The notes under the pieces are model-generated. The model did not search any database. It was not told the origin of the DNA and saw nothing but the letters and a program-made list of their open reading frames with translations. The position numbers and the translations under genes are program-made. Of a stretch of DNA of 64,000 bases, positions 19,363 to 28,600 are shown piece after piece. The DNA is from Phycisphaera sp. RhM (lineage in GTDB: Bacteria; Planctomycetota; Planctomycetia; Pirellulales; Pirellulaceae), in the NCBI GenBank assembly GCA_033042175.1, contig WCIL01000038.1, positions 19,226 to 83,225 of the forward strand, in the 5' to 3' direction. How positions within the stretch are numbered: the stretch's first letter is position 1; the number at the start of each line of letters is the position of its first letter.

Positions 19363-20165
19363 TACATTTCCAGCACGTCGAACATGTCGTACATGCCCTC
19401 CGGTTTGTCGCTCAGCCATTTGGCCGCGGCCAGGGCTCCGGCGGCGTAGCAATCGCGGCTGCTGGCGGCCACGTTCAACTCGATCCGTTCGCCCAGCATG
19501 CCGAACACGATGGTGTGTTCACCGGGATTATCGCCGACGCGGACGGCATGGTAGCCGATTTCGTTGCGGGTGCGTTGGCCCGTGTGGCCTTCGCGTCCGT
19601 GCACGTGTTTGGTGTCGTCGCCGAGTTTTTCGGCGATCAAGTCACCGAACTTGAGCGCCGTTCCACTCGGGGCGTCGGCTTTGTAGCGATGGTGGCGTTC
19701 GATGATTTCGATGTCCAGGCCGCCGGGGACATCGAGCAGTTTTTCGGTGATCTGCTGAGCGAGTTTCATCGACAGGTTGACCGCCAGTGACATGCTGGGA
19801 GCCCACACGATCGGGATGTTCTCGGACGCCTCGTTGAGACGTTCGACTTGTGCGTCGGTCATCCCGGTGGTGGCCACGACCAACGCGGTTTCGTGCAGTT
19901 CGCATTTTTCGATGCAGCGATCGATCGCTTCGGGCAACGAAAAATCGATCACCACGTCGGCATCGTTGGGCCACTTGGACGACAGCGGGACGTCCATGGT
20001 TTCCACGCCCGCCAGATCACCGGCGTCTTGGCTCAGCAGCGGGTGCTGGTCGTTTTCGATCGCGGCAACGAGCTGGAGCGTTTTGTCTTCCGACGCCAGT
20101 GCCACGACTCGGCGACCCATGCGACCCGCAGCTCCGTGGACGGCAATTTTCAGTGGAGTGGACAT
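19362..20165 (-). CDS. dapB: 4-hydroxy-tetrahydrodipicolinate reductase
   Basis: The internal Met (CAT at 20163-20165) gives 'MSTPLKIAVHGAAGRMGRRVV'. The signature 'ERHHRYKADAPSGTAL' is present. Confidence 0.93.
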   Translation of the reverse strand: MSTPLKIAVHGAAGRMGRRVVALASEDKTLQLVAAIENDQHPLLSQDAGDLAGVETMDVPLSSKWPNDADVVIDFSLPEAIDRCIEKCELHETALVVATTGMTDAQVERLNEASENIPIVWAPSMSLAVNLSMKLAQQITEKLLDVPGGLDIEIIERHHRYKADAPSGTALKFGDLIAEKLGDDTKHVHGREGHTGQRTRNEIGYHAVRVGDNPGEHTIVFGMLGERIELNVAASSRDCYAAGALAAAKWLSDKPEGMYDMFDVLEM

Positions 20166-20461
20166 GATGGATGGGGAATCTCGCAAGGGAGGCGGCTTCG
20201 ATGGGGACACGGCCACAATGTAACCCCTGGGACCGTCGCTTGGCAGGGAACTGCTCGGGAAGGGAGGGAACGGGCGGATTGACGCGTCCTGCTGGGGTGG
20301 CATTGGGGGGCCGGTCGCTGACGCGTCCCGCTGGGATGGGGACCGGCGGTTTGTGCAGGTTGACCTGGGCAAGCGGGGCGAACGATTCTACCGTGTAGGC
20401 GTTCCCATCACTCCCACGCAACGATCGCTGGCGGCGCCCCAATCGGGCCAGCAGAACGACG

Positions 20462-21112
20462 ATGAATCAAGCTGAACCGACAACCGATCACTCCGAAACC
20501 GATCACTCCGAAACCGGGCGTTCCGATGATGCGACGCTTGCCTCGCTATCGCTGGTCGGCCGATTCTGGATTTTTCTTTCGATCGCGGTGGTCGGCGGAG
20601 GACTGGATTTGTGGAGCAAAGCCGCGGTGTTTCGCTGGCGAGGCTTGCCGACCCAGAGTGACATTTGGTGGGTCTGGGAGCCGTATTTCGGAATCGAGAC
20701 GGCCGTCAATATCGGCGCCGTGTTCGGCGTCGGGGCAGGGCAGGGGACCTTTTTTGCCGGCATGAGCGTCATCGCGGCGATCGGGATCGTGGTCTGGTTG
20801 TTTTGGTTCCGGGCGGCCGAGTCGATGTGGTTGACCGTGGCGTTGGGGATGGTCGGCGGCGGGATCATCGGCAATCTTTACGATCGCTTGGGGTTTTGGT
20901 GGCAAGCCGGCTATCCCGATCAATGGCGCAGCGGCGTCCGCGACTGGATCCTGTGGCGGATCAACGAACAGTGGACGTGGCCCAATTTCAACATCGCCGA
21001 TTCGCTGTTGGTCGTCGGGGCCGGGATGCTGCTGTACCAAAGCTTCTTTCCCGGACAATTTGCCGCTCCAGCGGTCAGCGATGACGGCCAAGCGGACCCA
21101 CCGACAGCGTGA
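20462..21112 (+). CDS. lspA: lipoprotein signal peptidase II
   Basis: 'GLDLWSKAAVF', 'VNIGAVFGVGAG', 'GGGIIGNLYDRL' and 'WPNFNIADSLLVVGA' are present. Confidence 0.9.
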   Translation: MNQAEPTTDHSETDHSETGRSDDATLASLSLVGRFWIFLSIAVVGGGLDLWSKAAVFRWRGLPTQSDIWWVWEPYFGIETAVNIGAVFGVGAGQGTFFAGMSVIAAIGIVVWLFWFRAAESMWLTVALGMVGGGIIGNLYDRLGFWWQAGYPDQWRSGVRDWILWRINEQWTWPNFNIADSLLVVGAGMLLYQSFFPGQFAAPAVSDDGQADPPTA

Positions 21113-21133
21113 CCAACAGACAACGACAAACAC

Positions 21134-21988
21134 ATGACGGATTCAAACATGGGATCGACGGAATTGACTGGGCCAGACGCTTGGTCGTCGCTCGAATCCG
21201 GCCGGCTTTCGGCCATGATTTCGATCGCACGCGCCGCTGGGGAGCACACCCTGAAGTACTTCGGCTCTGGGGATTTGCGTGTCGACGCGAAAAAAGATGA
21301 CTCGCCGGTGACGATCGCCGATCGCGAAGCCGAGCAGCTCGTCCGCGAGCAAATCGCGGAGGCCTTTCCCGAGGACACGGTTCAGGGAGAAGAATTTGCC
21401 GAGACGGTGGGCCAGTCACGATATCGCTGGGTCGTCGATCCGATCGACGGCACCAAGTCGTTTGTGTGTGGGGTGCCACTGTATTCGACGTTGCTGGCAT
21501 TGGAAAAGGATGGCCAGCCGATCGGCGGCGTGATCTTCATTCCCGCACTCGGTGAAATGGTGGTTGCGGCACTCGGTCACGGGTGCTGGCATCAGACGCG
21601 ATCGAGCGATGGAACCCTGCAGGACTGGACGCAGACTCGGGTCTCCGGGCGGACCGAGTTGTCTCAAGCGGTGTTTGTGACCAGCCAAGTGGACTCCTTC
21701 GACGCCCGCGGCGCAGCCGAAACGTTCAAACGGATCGAGCGGGCGTGCTGGATCACCCGCACTTGGGGCGACGGTTACGGTTATTTGTTGGTCGCGACGG
21801 GACGGGCCGATGTGATGATCGATCCGGTCTGCAACGCCTGGGACGTGGCCGCGATTCTGCCGGTGATGGTGGAATCGGGAGGCCGTTTCACGGATTGGAA
21901 AGGCGTCGCGACAGTCCGCGGAGGCGACGGGCTGGGCACCAACGGGCCGCTTCACGACGCGGTTTGCCAGATTCTGGGTTGCGAGTGA
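21134..21988 (+). CDS. inositol monophosphatase-family phosphatase (possibly a HisN-type histidinol-phosphatase)
   Basis: 'DDSPVTIADREAE' and 'WVVDPIDGTKSFVCGVP' are present, together with the C-terminal 'WDVAA' motif. Confidence 0.8.
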   Translation: MTDSNMGSTELTGPDAWSSLESGRLSAMISIARAAGEHTLKYFGSGDLRVDAKKDDSPVTIADREAEQLVREQIAEAFPEDTVQGEEFAETVGQSRYRWVVDPIDGTKSFVCGVPLYSTLLALEKDGQPIGGVIFIPALGEMVVAALGHGCWHQTRSSDGTLQDWTQTRVSGRTELSQAVFVTSQVDSFDARGAAETFKRIERACWITRTWGDGYGYLLVATGRADVMIDPVCNAWDVAAILPVMVESGGRFTDWKGVATVRGGDGLGTNGPLHDAVCQILGCE

Positions 21989-22044
21989 TGCCGGCGGGTT
22001 GGTAGCACGGCGGATGCACGAATCAAGTTTTAGGAGACTGCAGG

Positions 22045-22476
22045 ATGCATTGGCGAATCGGATTGCTGGGAATGGGACTGCTGTCAGCCTTGGTCGTCGG
22101 CGGGGTTGCCGACCAGCCGTCGCCGTATGGGATTCCGAAAAACACCGGGGCCGGCGGTTACGAAGCCGCGCTGCCCCCCGGACAGGCGGTCCGCGGCGTG
22201 GGAGCGTCCGCGATGCAGCTCGGCGGACGTGAAAAGGGGCCGCAAGTCGCGGCGGCGGGGGAGTTGATCGGGTTTAACGGATTTGACGGCTCGGGAAGTC
22301 AAACAATTACGCTGGTTCATACCGGAAAAATGCAAATCGCCGTGTATCATATCGATAGGTCGGGCCAGATCCGCTTGGTCAGCAGCCGCCCGATCGATGC
22401 CGACTTTTCCTTATCGCTCAATCTGACGAAGCCACTTCCCGGTCAAATCCGACTTCTTGGCAGTCAGGTGAAGTAG
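22045..22476 (+). CDS. small secreted protein, unknown function
   Basis: It has the signal-like N-terminus 'MHWRIGLLGMGLLSALVVGGVA'. No motif was recognised. Confidence 0.45.
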   Translation: MHWRIGLLGMGLLSALVVGGVADQPSPYGIPKNTGAGGYEAALPPGQAVRGVGASAMQLGGREKGPQVAAAGELIGFNGFDGSGSQTITLVHTGKMQIAVYHIDRSGQIRLVSSRPIDADFSLSLNLTKPLPGQIRLLGSQVK

Positions 22477-22560
22477 CGTTTGCCGGCGATCCGAGCGATA
22501 GGGAAACGGGGCACCCTTGTACCCTATGTTTCTTCCCCCCGCTCGAATCAATCTTCGCCC

Positions 22561-24243
22561 ATGTCTTATCTGTCACTTGAAGAAGCTGCTGCAAAACTTG
22601 GGATCAGCACCGATCGTCTTGTTGAACTTCGCAGCCAAGGCCAAGTCCGCGGTTTTCGTGACGGTTCCAGTTGGAAGTTCCCCGACACCGAAATCGACCG
22701 ATTGGCAGATGAATTGGCCGACGGATTCGGGTCCGGGATTCTGGTCGGTGAATCCGGCTCGGGATCGGGCAGCGTGATCGGTGGCGATTCGGCGGACGAG
22801 GGTGACGGCAGCGATTTGGGCATCGGTTCGGAAACGCCCGGCGATGGCAGCGACGTCAACTTGGTGACGGGATCCAAAGAAGAGGGCAGCGACGTCGAAC
22901 TGGTGGCCTCTGATAGCGGCAAGCTGGGCGACGAGTTGGAACAGGATTCGCTGTTCGAGAGTGACGAAAACGCACTGCAAGAAATCGACTCGGCGGAATT
23001 AAAACTCAACGACCCGGCGTTGATGGACGACAGCGTTGATTCGATCGACGTCGCTATCGATCCCAAAGAAGGCAGCACCGGGCCGGTCGCCAAGGCAGAG
23101 ATCCAGGCCGAGGCCGACAAGATTTCGATCAGTGACGTCGATGTCACCGATGGCGCCAGTTCGGACGATGAATTCGCTTTCGCCGGTTCATTGTCCGAAG
23201 ACGACAGCGATGATTTGATGTTGGGCGAGGATTCGGACAGCTTGGATTTGGATTCGCTGTCCGAGGATGAACTGCAGGTCAAAGCCGCCGGGGCCAGCAG
23301 TCTGGAATTGATGAACGAACTCGATTCGCCGGATTCTGGTGAACAGCTGAAGTCGTCCGGTGCGGACGTCTTGAGCGAATTGGATCTGCTCGGTGCCGAA
23401 CAGTCCGGCAGCGGAAGCGGTCTGATTTCGGGCGACAGCGAAAATTTGTTGACCTCGTCGGGCCTGGGCAGCGGGCTCGGTTCCAGCGTGATCAACGAGA
23501 TGGACGACGCGTTGGACGAGGACGATGACCTGGTGATCGCCGATGACGACGCCGATTTGATGCTCGACAGCGTCAGCGATATCTCGGTCGCCGGCGACAG
23601 TGGAATCAACCTGATGAGCCCCAGCGACAGCGGATTGTCGCTCGAGAGCGAGCCCCTGGATCTGGCCGGTAGCAGTTTGTCGGCGCTCGATTTGGGTGCC
23701 GAACTGACCGACGGCAGCGGGATTTCTGGATCCAGCGGCAAGAACGCCGGAGGCAGCGGGTCGGACGAGGAATTCCAGCTTTCGCCATCCGGCGTCGGCT
23801 TGGACGCGGATCTGGAAAGCAGTTCGCAGGTCATCGAAGTCGAGGATTCAGAACTGGTCGGTGAGGCCGTTGAATTCAACGATGACTTCGCCGACGACGC
23901 GGGATTTGCCGATGCCGGGTTTAGCGATGCCGAACCGCTGGAGGCCGATGCGTTCGATGAAACACCTGCCGGCATGGACGGGGACGTCCTGGGTGGTGAA
24001 GCGATCGAGCTGGACGAGGTCGACGAATCGCCTTCGGTCGGCGCGGTCTCCGGCATGGGGGGCTACGAAGTTCCCTTTTCGATGCTGCAATGTCTCTCGC
24101 TGATGTTCATCATCCTGACGCTTTCGTTGGGCGGCATGCTGATGACGGACTTGGTTCGCAACATGTGGACCTACAACGATATCTCCTCGCCGGTGAGCGC
24201 CCTGACCGATTCGCTGATCGGATTGATGGGCTGGGATTCCTGA
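22561..24243 (+). CDS. tail-anchored protein with an N-terminal excisionase/MerR-type HTH and a long polyacidic low-complexity region
   Basis: The ATG at 22561 gives 'MSYLSLEEAAAKLGISTDRLVELRSQGQVRGFRDGSSWKFPDTEIDRL'. About 450 aa of D/E/S/G/L-rich sequence follow. One C-terminal TM is present ('CLSLMFIILTLSLGGMLMTDLV'). Confidence 0.7.
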   Translation: MSYLSLEEAAAKLGISTDRLVELRSQGQVRGFRDGSSWKFPDTEIDRLADELADGFGSGILVGESGSGSGSVIGGDSADEGDGSDLGIGSETPGDGSDVNLVTGSKEEGSDVELVASDSGKLGDELEQDSLFESDENALQEIDSAELKLNDPALMDDSVDSIDVAIDPKEGSTGPVAKAEIQAEADKISISDVDVTDGASSDDEFAFAGSLSEDDSDDLMLGEDSDSLDLDSLSEDELQVKAAGASSLELMNELDSPDSGEQLKSSGADVLSELDLLGAEQSGSGSGLISGDSENLLTSSGLGSGLGSSVINEMDDALDEDDDLVIADDDADLMLDSVSDISVAGDSGINLMSPSDSGLSLESEPLDLAGSSLSALDLGAELTDGSGISGSSGKNAGGSGSDEEFQLSPSGVGLDADLESSSQVIEVEDSELVGEAVEFNDDFADDAGFADAGFSDAEPLEADAFDETPAGMDGDVLGGEAIELDEVDESPSVGAVSGMGGYEVPFSMLQCLSLMFIILTLSLGGMLMTDLVRNMWTYNDISSPVSALTDSLIGLMGWDS

Positions 24244-24374
24244 TCGGCTGGGATTCCTGACTCGGGTTTGGCCCTGGCGGGTACGAAGAAGGGTGGTGGC
24301 GCGTCTATACTAACCACGTACGGACGCCACGGTCCCACCCCGAAACGGACTTCACCCTCCCGCCTGCCCCCGCT

Positions 24375-25562
24375 ATGACCGCGCCCATGATTCCGGATCT
24401 GAGAGAGAAAGTACGCCACCACGGTGGTGGGATCCGAAGACGGCTTGCCGCGACGCCGGTGCTGATGCTGGCCACGCTGATGGTCGCGACGCTGATGATC
24501 GGTGGGTGTGATCAACCCGAAGGAATCGTCACCTACAAGATTCCCAAGAAGGTCCCCGAGCAGTTGTTGCCGGGCAAGGATCGGTTGCTGGCGGTGATGG
24601 TCCCTCGCGGCGAGAAGGTTTGGTTCTTCAAGATTCTCGGCCCCGAAGACGCGGTGGCGCTGATCGACGACGAGTTTCAATCGTTTGTCAAAAGTGTCCA
24701 ATTCGATTCCAGTGACGAACCCGTGCTGGAATCGCTGCCGGAAGGATGGCGTCGCGGCGGAAAAAAGCCGATGCGTTTCGCCACGATCGATATCAACACG
24801 CCCAAGAAGCAATTGGACCTGAGCATTTCCAACCTGTCGGTTCCCGGCACAATGGACGAGGCGGCGTGGAACGATTACGTCCAGCAAAACGTGAACCGTT
24901 GGCGCGGCCAAGTCGGCTTGAAGCCGTCGTCGGAGAAATGGTCCGGCGGCGAATCGATCGAGCTGGCTGCGGCCGAAGGCCAAGCCGTCTGGGTGGATCT
25001 GGTGGGACAGCCCGGAGCCGCCACGGCCGCTCCGATGGGAATGATGCCCGGTGCCGGCCCGATGGGCATGCCGCCGGCCACTCGATTACCCGTCAACGCG
25101 TCGTCCGGCAACGCGTCGTCCGGCAACGCGCCACAGGGCACGTCGACACAAACGTCGCTCCAGTCGGAGACGCCCGAGGGTTGGGAACGCTTGGACGTCA
25201 GACCCGGCGGGATGCGTGAAGCGGCGTTCAAAGTCGGCGAATCGGAAATCACGGTGATCACGGCCGGTGGAGACCTGCGCAGTAACGTCGCACGCTGGAT
25301 GGGGCAGGTCGCCGGCGGAAAGCCCGAGGAGTCCGCGGTGGATGAAATGATGGCCGGCGCGGAGAAATTCGACGTTTCCGGTCGTCCCGCACAGCGGTTT
25401 ATTATCGCAGGCGACGCCGAAAAGGGACAGAAATCGATCGATGCGACAATTGTTGAAATGGAAGGTGGACGCAGCAAGTTCATTAAAATGACGGGTGATC
25501 CCGAAACCGTCGCAGAGCAGTCCGACGCGATGAGAGCGTTTTTGGATTCGCTTTCGTTTTAA
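24375..25562 (+). CDS. lipoprotein with an internally duplicated domain, unknown function
   Basis: Lipobox 'LMIGGC'. Two related halves are seen: 'LPEGWRRGGKKPMRFATIDI...VNRWRGQVGL' and 'TPEGWERLDVRPGGMREAAFKV...VARWMGQVAG'. They are joined by a G/P/M/A-rich linker containing 'SSGNASSGNA'. Confidence 0.6.
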   Translation: MTAPMIPDLREKVRHHGGGIRRRLAATPVLMLATLMVATLMIGGCDQPEGIVTYKIPKKVPEQLLPGKDRLLAVMVPRGEKVWFFKILGPEDAVALIDDEFQSFVKSVQFDSSDEPVLESLPEGWRRGGKKPMRFATIDINTPKKQLDLSISNLSVPGTMDEAAWNDYVQQNVNRWRGQVGLKPSSEKWSGGESIELAAAEGQAVWVDLVGQPGAATAAPMGMMPGAGPMGMPPATRLPVNASSGNASSGNAPQGTSTQTSLQSETPEGWERLDVRPGGMREAAFKVGESEITVITAGGDLRSNVARWMGQVAGGKPEESAVDEMMAGAEKFDVSGRPAQRFIIAGDAEKGQKSIDATIVEMEGGRSKFIKMTGDPETVAEQSDAMRAFLDSLSF

Positions 25563-25563
25563 A

Positions 25564-25612
25564 TCCCCGTTCAGCCGAATTCCCGTTCAGCCGAATTCCC
25601 GTTCAGCCGAAT
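25564..25612 (+). repeat. 16-nt tandem repeat (TCCCGTTCAGCCGAAT)x3
   Basis: It starts 2 nt after the TAA at 25560-25562 and ends 22 nt before the ccsBA ATG at 25635. The first unit carries one extra C. Confidence 0.95.
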
Positions 25613-25634
25613 CAAAACAAACCGTAGAAAGCAA

Positions 25635-28600
25635 ATGGCGACCATTCCCAATCCGTCCGGCCAGTTTCCGAAAGAACGCGAAGAATCGACCGTGATCTCG
25701 TCGGCCGATGTGCTTGCGGCACTCGGTTCGCTCAAGCTGACCGTCGGCCTGTTCGCCGCCTCGTTGATCATCGTCTTGGTCGGCACGCTGGCCCAAGACG
25801 AAATGAACATGCAAGACGTCAAGGAGCGGTACTTCGTTTCTTGGATCGCTTGGATGCACTTTGACGATTTCTTCCCCCAAGCGTTTTTTCCACACGCCAA
25901 TCCGATCCGCGGGATCATCCCGTTTCCCGGTGGTGCGTTGATCGGCGTGTTGCTGATGATCAACTTGATTGCGTCCAAGGCGACGCGGTTCCGAGTATCG
26001 GCATCGGGCGGACGCTTGGCCGCGGGGATCGTGTTTGTCCTGGCCGGATTTGTCGTCGCAGGATTGATCATCGCCAGCGGACACAGCAGCGACGGATTGC
26101 AGGGTGCGCCACCGATCTCCTATGAGTCCCTCTGGTACGTCGTGCAGGGCATCGGGGTCGCCGCCGCGATCGGTTTGACCGCCGTGTCGACCAATGTCAA
26201 ACATCGCTCACTTCGCATCCTCGGTTACATCACCGCGGCACTGTTGGCGGGCATCATCGCGTACACGTTCTTCAGCGGCGCGCGGATCGGTGATCCGGGT
26301 TTGCGAATCGTTTGGCAATTGACCAAGGGACTCGGTGCCGGCGTCATCTTGTTGGTCGGGTGTTTGCTGATCTTCGGACGCCAAGGCGGCAATCTGTTGC
26401 TGCACTTCGGCGTCGGACTGTTGATGTTCGGGCAGTTCGCTTTCGGCGATCGCCAGTTGGAACAGCGGATCAGTCTGGTCGAAGGCGAATCGACCAACGC
26501 GTTGATCAACCTGGACAAGGTGGAACTGACCTTCATCGTGCCCGGCGAAGAAGAGGACATGGTGACGGCCATTCCCGGCCCGCAAATCGGTCAAGCCTTG
26601 TCCACGGGCGAATTGATTCGCGACGATGCGTTGCCGGCCGATGTGAAGGTGGTCGCGTTCTACGAAAACTCGGATCTGATCAATCCGAAACCGACCGGCA
26701 ACCCGGCAACCAAGGGTGTCGGTTTGGAAGTCCAGGCCATCGAAGCGCGCAAGCGTGGCGGGACGGACGGGGAAGTGAACGTGGCGGCGGCCTACATCGA
26801 ATTGATCGACAAGGAGAGCGGCGAGTCGCTGGGCACGCATCTGGTCAGCCAAATGCTGTCCGATCGCGAGACCTTGGTACCGGGCGGAACGGCAAAGGAC
26901 GTTTACGACGAAGTCACGATCAACGAGACGCAATACAAGATCGGACTGAAGTACCATCGCGAGGTGAAGCCGTATTGGGTTCACTTGGAAGACGTCCAAC
27001 GCCGCAATTACAGCGGCACCGAAACGCCACGGGACTACAGTTCTTACATTCGCATCATCGACACCGAAACCGGCGAAGACCGTCGCGAGCGGGTCTGGAT
27101 GAACAACCCGCTTCGTTACCGCGGCGAAACGTTTTTCCAATCCAGTTACACGCCGCTACCCGGTGGGAAAGAACTGACGGGGTTGCAGGTGGTCCGCAAC
27201 AGCGGTTGGCTGATCCCCTACGTCGCTTGCAGCATCATGGCGCTCGGCATGCTGGCCCACTTCACCGGCACGCTCAAGCGTTTCGTCGGACGTCGGGAAC
27301 GAGAGCGAGCCAAGGAGATGGCCGAACTGAGCCAAGAGGATCGACAAGTGTTGACGTCCTCACGACCGGCCGTGATCGCGTTCAACATCGCGGCCGTGCT
27401 TGCCCTGATGATGCTCATTCCATTGCCCGCGGCGATGACGTCGCTGCGGCCCGATTCGCGTGACAAGGACTATGACTTCTATACCGCCGGCAAAATCCCC
27501 GCCCAGTTCGGCGGCCGGGTCTTGCCTCTGGATGCCTTCGCCCGCCAGACGCTCAAGGCGATCAGCAACAAAGAATCGCTGCCGATGGAAAACGCTCCGG
27601 GGGCCATCAAGAGCCGCGTCGACAAGAAAAGCATGTCGGCGATGCAGTGGTTGATGGAAGTCGCGATCGACGACCCGGCGCTGCGTTACTTGCCGATGTT
27701 CCGCGTCGATGCCGAAGAGGTGCGTAGCCAATTGAAATTGGAACGGCGTGAGAGTCGGCTGTACTCGCTCGATGAGTTGTTGACCGAATGGCCCAAGGCC
27801 GACGCGCTGATCAAGGCGGCACGCGGCAAAGACGAAGCGGCGTTGTCGTTCAAAGAAAAGAAGCTGCTGGAGCTGGATCGTCGAACCCGTCAATACATGT
27901 TGACCGCCGAAGCGTTCCAATTGCCGCGTCCGCCAGAGATTCCGACGGACAATCTGCCCGAAGGCATCACCGAAGAGATGGTGCGGCGGTTTGCGATCGA
28001 TGAATTGCAGCGACGGATGGCATCGATCCAGAACATGCCGACCGCCCGGATCGTTCCTCCGACTCAGGACGAGGCGACCGACGCCGTCAATGATCCCGAT
28101 TGGTCAGCCTTCGCACCCGCGTTCTTTGCCGATGCTTCCTTGGGGCCGTCGGAGGATCCCGATCGCCAACTGGCTTCGGATCCGTTCAGCCGGATGATCG
28201 AATCCTACAGCGACGAAAAGAAAGACTTTGAAGGGTTTAACCAAGCGGTCGATGACCAATTGGCACTTTCGGCCGCGTACCCGATCCCCGGGCTGAATTC
28301 CAAAAAGGTGGCGTTGGAACGTTGGATGGAATCTAATTCACCAGAGGTCCGCGCGACCATCTTGTACATCCTGTCGATGGTGATGGCGTTGCTGTTCTTG
28401 GCGATCGGGGACCACCGCCTGAGAAACGCGACGTGGGGCGTGTTGCTGGTCGCGGCACTGATTCACTCGGTCGCCATTCTCAGCCGCATTTACATCACCG
28501 GCCGGGCACCAGTCATCAATATCTACTCGTCCGCTGTGTTCATCGGCTGGGCGGCGGTTCTGGGCGGGCTGGTGATCGACCGAATCTATCGACTCGGATT

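Noticed and set aside
22566-24056. 496-aa Ser-rich ORF antisense to the HTH-polyacidic gene
   Set aside because: The serine runs are the reverse-complement reading of the Asp/Glu/Ser codon runs. Only the plus strand has a structured N-terminal HTH, a sensible start and a C-terminal TM helix. Not fully excluded without expression data.
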